Positions 59,955-64,000 of a stretch of DNA of 64,000 nucleotides are shown one piece after another. The notes beneath the pieces are model-generated. The model saw only the letters and a list, made by a program, of their open reading frames with translations. It had not been told where the DNA came from and did no database searches. A program made the position numbers and the translations under genes. Source of the stretch: Candidatus Eiseniibacteriota bacterium (GTDB lineage: Bacteria > Eisenbacteria > RBG-16-71-46 > CAVPCR01). The stretch spans positions 416,001-480,000 of the forward strand of contig CAWGMA010000002.1 of NCBI GenBank assembly GCA_963823555.1, written 5' to 3'. Each line of letters begins with the position of its first letter. The first letter of the stretch is position 1.

Positions 59955-60212
59955 GTTGCTCTAGACCGCGCTTCCTGGCGAGCGCGCTCTCGCCGCCGCG
60001 GTGATGCGGACGACGACGATCCGGCGCGGGATCCCGGGACTCACCGGTGTCATGGCCGGTTCGAGTCTCCGGTCGGGGACGCGCCGGGACCGGCGTCTTA
60101 TCGCCCTGGACGTGACGCCTTCGCGCCTGGCCCCGAGCCAGAGGCTGCGAGCGTCACGCCCGTATTCGGGTGGGTTCGAATCGTCGGCAGGACCGCTTCT
60201 CGATGGCCCGGG

Positions 60213-60272
60213 CTACCGCCAGAGCCACCAGAAGATGTCCGCAAGGAGCCCGAGGAGGACGAGGCCTTTCAT
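60213..60272 (-). CDS. 19-aa hydrophobic Trp-rich small peptide MKGLVLLGLLADIFWWLWR
   Basis: GGAGGGAGGGCTT directly before ATG AAA. Host-like codons (CTC, GTC). Too short for the ORF track. Confidence 0.55.
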   Translation of the reverse strand: MKGLVLLGLLADIFWWLWR

Positions 60273-60648
60273 AAGCCCTCCCTCCGTCGCTCGGCATGGC
60301 GGTCGAGCCCTTTGGACCCGCCCGTTGCCCCGAGAGGCGGTCTTGTCTGGCGCCCTCGTCCGCGCGTCCGCGGATCCAGGCGTCGCCTCTAGTCAGGACG
60401 TCCTGGGCTTTGAACCCTTCCCTTCCACCCCATGTCTGCAAACGGCATGACCGGCGCCGTTCGTTAGGGCTTTCTCGCATGCCCCGTGCCCTTCCGCGCG
60501 AACACCGGTCGCAATCTGCAAGTGCTGGTTTGACGGCCAAATAGACGGTGCACAGGGGGGCGGGACGAGGATCGGGGGGTGGTCCGGAGGTGGGAAACGG
60601 CAGCTTTTCGCGCGGGGAGGGCATTCTGCGGGCACCCCACCCGGGGGG

Positions 60649-63213
60649 TCAGCGGGCGCGGGCGATGATGAGGGTCGTGTCGTCCATGCTCATGTCGCCG
60701 GCGAGGTCGATGAGCCGGGCCAGGGTCAGCTCACGCAGGCGAGTGGCCGACTCGTTGCGATGCGCGATCAGGAAGGAGATCAGATCCTCCTCGCCGAATC
60801 CCGACACGATCTCCGCCGGCTCGACGAGCCCATCGGTGAAGAGGATGAGCGTGTCGCCGGAGGCGAGGGTCACCTTGCCCTGGTCGAAGCTCGCGCCCGG
60901 CACCACGCCGAGCACCGGTCCGCCGCGTGACAGGCGTTCGACCTTGCCCGTGGCGCGGATCAGGATCGGCGGATCGAGCCCGGCGTTGGCATAGGTGATC
61001 TGGTGGCTCGCGAGGTCGAGGAGCCCGTAGAAGAAGCAGACGAAGCGATCGTATTCGCCGAGGGCGTAGATCCGGTGGTTGAGCGCGGCGAGGACGCCGG
61101 CCGGCGAGGCGCCGCGCTCGGCCTCCATGCGGAACGAGGACTGGAGCCCGGCCATGAGCAGGGCCGCCGGGATTCCCTTGCCCGAGACGTCGCCGATGGC
61201 GAGGCCGAGCTGCCGGCCGTCGAGGGGCACGTAATCGTAGAAATCGCCGCCGATCTCGTGGCTGGGAGTCGTCGAGCCGGCAAAGTCGATGGCATCACAC
61301 TCGGGCTCCGCTCTCGGCACCAGGTGGGTCTGGATATCACGAGCGACCGCAAGTTCCTGCGCCATGCGCTCACGTTCGAGGGCGGTGCGATGGAGAAGGG
61401 CGTTCTCGAGGGCGACCGACGCCTGCTCGCCCAGGGTCTCGAGGAGGTCCAGGTCTTCCTGGTTGGACCAGCCGCCGCTCAGCGGGGCGCCGAGGAGCAG
61501 GGCTCCGAGGAGGCGCTCGCGGCCCCAGAGCGGCACGGCAACCGCCGGCCGGTAGGCCTGGAGGGAACGACGATCGTCGTAGAGGAGCAGCTCGAGCGCC
61601 GTCTCGGAGCCGGGCCCGGCCAGGCGGACGGCGAGGCTCCGCGTGCCGTCCTCGCTCCGGGACCACCCGTGGTCATTGCGGTTCTCCCGGTCGCCGTGCG
61701 TTCCGGCAGCGAAGAGGTGGGTGATGTGCGCGGAGAGCGCTGGCATGCCGTCCTCGGCTGGCGGCGCCACGTGCAAGGGTTCGAACGGGGCGCCGGGAGT
61801 GCGGGCCAGGAGGAGGGCCGCCGTCTCGAGCTCGAGCACCTGCATCACGCGCTCGACGAGCAGGGTGGCGATGCCGCCCAGCTCGAGCATGCGTGCCAGG
61901 TCATGGGAGAAGCGGCGGAGAGTGAGCCGCGCATCGTAGCGCTCGCGGAAGAAGACCCGTTCGATGAGCTGCTGCAGCTTCTCCCGTGCCGGCGCTGCCA
62001 CGAAGGCGATGACGACGATCGAGACGATGGCGAGGAAAGGGTTCCGGGTCCCGGTCACACGATGAAGGAGTCCGCCGAGCCCGAGCACGACGCCGAAGTA
62101 GAGCGCGAGCACGAGGCCGGTCAGCCCCGAGTAGAGGACGCTGCGTTTGACCAGCACCTCGAGATCGAAGACCTGGTAGCGGAACGCGGCATAGGCGAAG
62201 GAGAAGGGGATCAAGAGCAGCGCGAAGATCGAGTAGCGGAGCCCCGGAAGATCGGAGGCCGGAAACAGGTTGGCGAGCGTCGTGGCCAGGAGGAGCGGCG
62301 CCATGCCGAGTGCGGTGCCCCACACCGCGACCCGGAGCGGGGCTCGCTGGCGCGGGTCGCGGGTCCGGTGAAACGAACGGACGAAGAGAACGACGGCGAT
62401 CGCCGCGCTGGAGATGAAATAGAGCGTCGTCACCAGGAGCTGGATCGAGGCGCGGCGCACGGAGAGGGTGGCGTCGGTCGTGGGCCAGGAGTTCATGACC
62501 AGGGTGAGGAGCGCGATCGCGATCGGTGGCACATAGATCAGGCGCTCGAGAACGTGTCGTCGGGGCGATGGCGGGCGCGCCGGGAAGAGCAGGAAGAAAT
62601 GGATGAAGAAGGCCGGCAGCAAGAGCTCGAAGAGGATATAGAGCATCTCGTGGGCCCGGTCGAGCGCCGGGGATGCGAAGATGGGCTGCTCGCGCAGGAA
62701 GAAGCCGATGGCGAAGCAGATGCCGAAGAAGACGAGGGTGAGCTTCTCGGGGCGCTGGTAGGCCAGGAAGAAGCCGACGGCGAGCGCGCAGAGCCCGGCG
62801 GCGGCGAAGGTGAAGCGCCAGGCGACCTCGTTCCACGGTGGCGCCGCGCCCTGGATCACGACCAGGCGGGTGCCGGCAGGATCCGGGCCCGGCGTCCGAT
62901 CCCGCTTCGCGGCGATGAGCAAGGTCGCTGATTGACCGACGCGCAGGCCCCGCAGTCGTTGCGCGCATTCGCTCGTCGCCGCGGCCGAGATGCCGTCGAC
63001 AGCCAGGATGCGGTCGCCGGTGACGAGCCCGGCCGAGTCGGCGGGCCCCCCCGGAGTCACCTGGGCCACCGTCAGGTTGCGCTGGCTCATTCCGAGGTAG
63101 GCGCGCGTGAAGATGTGACCCGAGCTCACCAGGCCGGACGCGCCCAGGAGAACGGTGGGGACGAGGACCAGGATACGGGGGAGAAGAGGCGCTCTTTGTG
63201 CGGTGCTCGGCAT
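60649..63213 (-). CDS. Membrane PP2C (SpoIIE/RsbU-type) phosphatase with PDZ, multi-TM and GAF domains
   Basis: PDZ TPGGPADSAGL.TGDRILAVDG, GGDFYD, GDVSGKG, FTDGL, DDTT. Confidence 0.9.
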   Translation of the reverse strand: MPSTAQRAPLLPRILVLVPTVLLGASGLVSSGHIFTRAYLGMSQRNLTVAQVTPGGPADSAGLVTGDRILAVDGISAAATSECAQRLRGLRVGQSATLLIAAKRDRTPGPDPAGTRLVVIQGAAPPWNEVAWRFTFAAAGLCALAVGFFLAYQRPEKLTLVFFGICFAIGFFLREQPIFASPALDRAHEMLYILFELLLPAFFIHFFLLFPARPPSPRRHVLERLIYVPPIAIALLTLVMNSWPTTDATLSVRRASIQLLVTTLYFISSAAIAVVLFVRSFHRTRDPRQRAPLRVAVWGTALGMAPLLLATTLANLFPASDLPGLRYSIFALLLIPFSFAYAAFRYQVFDLEVLVKRSVLYSGLTGLVLALYFGVVLGLGGLLHRVTGTRNPFLAIVSIVVIAFVAAPAREKLQQLIERVFFRERYDARLTLRRFSHDLARMLELGGIATLLVERVMQVLELETAALLLARTPGAPFEPLHVAPPAEDGMPALSAHITHLFAAGTHGDRENRNDHGWSRSEDGTRSLAVRLAGPGSETALELLLYDDRRSLQAYRPAVAVPLWGRERLLGALLLGAPLSGGWSNQEDLDLLETLGEQASVALENALLHRTALERERMAQELAVARDIQTHLVPRAEPECDAIDFAGSTTPSHEIGGDFYDYVPLDGRQLGLAIGDVSGKGIPAALLMAGLQSSFRMEAERGASPAGVLAALNHRIYALGEYDRFVCFFYGLLDLASHQITYANAGLDPPILIRATGKVERLSRGGPVLGVVPGASFDQGKVTLASGDTLILFTDGLVEPAEIVSGFGEEDLISFLIAHRNESATRLRELTLARLIDLAGDMSMDDTTLIIARAR

Positions 63214-63331
63214 CCATGCCTCCGCTCCCTTTATAGTCTATGATCCACCGAGATAGCAACCCAGGGCAGCCGGTGGAGCCAGGTCGAGAGGGTCCGTCGA
63301 CTCCGGGAACAAGCAACAGAAGGGAGGTCAC

Positions 63332-64000
63332 GTGGCCCATCACTCCGGTTCCGAGACGGTGCCCCTCCAGGGTGCGGATGTCCTGAGGCGCGACGAGGCG
63401 CGCGAGCGGGCCGCAACCGTGGCCGACCCGGCCTACGCGATCGCGCTTGATCTCGATTCCGGTGATGAGACCTTCGGCTGCGAGGCCACGGTCCGCTTTC
63501 GCGGTCTCAAGCCCGGCGCGGCGACCTTCATCGACTTCAGGGCGGCCGAGATCCTGGCGATCGAGCTCAACGGGCGGCCTCTTGGGCTCGAGGCGGCAGC
63601 CGGCGGGCGCATCGCCCTCGCCCCGCTCGCTCTGGAGAACACGCTCCGCATCTCGGCCCGCTGCGCCTACTCGCGGAGCGGCAGTGGAATGTACTGGTTC
63701 CGGGATCCCGCTGACGGCCATGTCTACCTCTATACCGACTTCGAACCGCGGGAGGCCCATCGGGTCTACCCTTGCTTCGATCAGCCCGACTTGAAGGGCA
63801 CCTTCGAGTTCACGGTCAACGCGCGGCCAGGGTGGCAGGTCATCGCCAACACCGCGGCGGTCGAATCGCCGCCCGCGGGCCAGGGCGGGCGCTTCCGCTT
63901 CGCGCGGACGCGCATCCTCCCCACGTACGTCACGGCCGTCTGCGCTGGTCCCTATCATGGCGTCCACGCGCGCCATCGCGAGCTTGATCTCGGCGTCTAT
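63332..64000 (+). CDS. pepN: Aminopeptidase N (M1 family), 3' end outside the window; absent from the ORF track
   Basis: GGAGG RBS then GTG. Reads LRRDEARERA, TFIDF, YSRSGSGM, DPADG.VYLYTDFEP.EAHRVYPCFDQPDLKGTF. Confidence 0.88.
   Translation, partial: MAHHSGSETVPLQGADVLRRDEARERAATVADPAYAIALDLDSGDETFGCEATVRFRGLKPGAATFIDFRAAEILAIELNGRPLGLEAAAGGRIALAPLALENTLRISARCAYSRSGSGMYWFRDPADGHVYLYTDFEPREAHRVYPCFDQPDLKGTFEFTVNARPGWQVIANTAAVESPPAGQGGRFRFARTRILPTYVTAVCAGPYHGVHARHRELDLGVY

Noticed and set aside
60050..60190. Two tRNA T-loop-like GGTTCGA(A/G)TC motifs on the plus strand
   Set aside because: No proper T-stem, D arm, anticodon arm or CCA could be built, so these are not called tRNA or tmRNA.

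Overview
GC-rich bacterial genomic window. The gene content suggests an FCB-group organism such as Ca. Eisenbacteria or a relative (inference only): many secreted proteins end in a FlgD/T9SS-type C-terminal domain, and three end in a short 'TWGxIK' motif. About 45 CDS are present. They include tandem LVIVD-propeller proteins, a TMTC-like glycosyltransferase, a chlI/chlD-type AAA+/VWA gene split by a slippery site, and an N-formylglutamate amidohydrolase/QEGLA peptidase/ATP-grasp operon full of single-base indels. Further along are a patch of gene fragments, two L,D-transpeptidases, DNA ligase and rmuC, c-type cytochromes, an ECF sigma/anti-sigma pair, a gingipain-like C25 protein, a PhoX-like phosphatase, tldD/tldE, a PP2C sensor phosphatase and the start of pepN. 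I found no rRNA, tRNA, CRISPR array or intact mobile element. Highlights: (1) a shared C-terminal TWGxIK[AG]x[YFW] motif on three unrelated secreted proteins, a candidate sorting signal; (2) an A_AAA_AAA slippery site with a predicted H-type pseudoknot joining the AAA+ and VWA frames; (3) an unannotated 19-aa Trp-rich peptide inside a structured, separately terminated transcript upstream of tldD; (4) an ATP-grasp plus MATCAP-like peptidase operon; (5) a C25 protease whose catalytic Cys is replaced by Ala. All family calls come from recognising motifs by eye, not from database searches.
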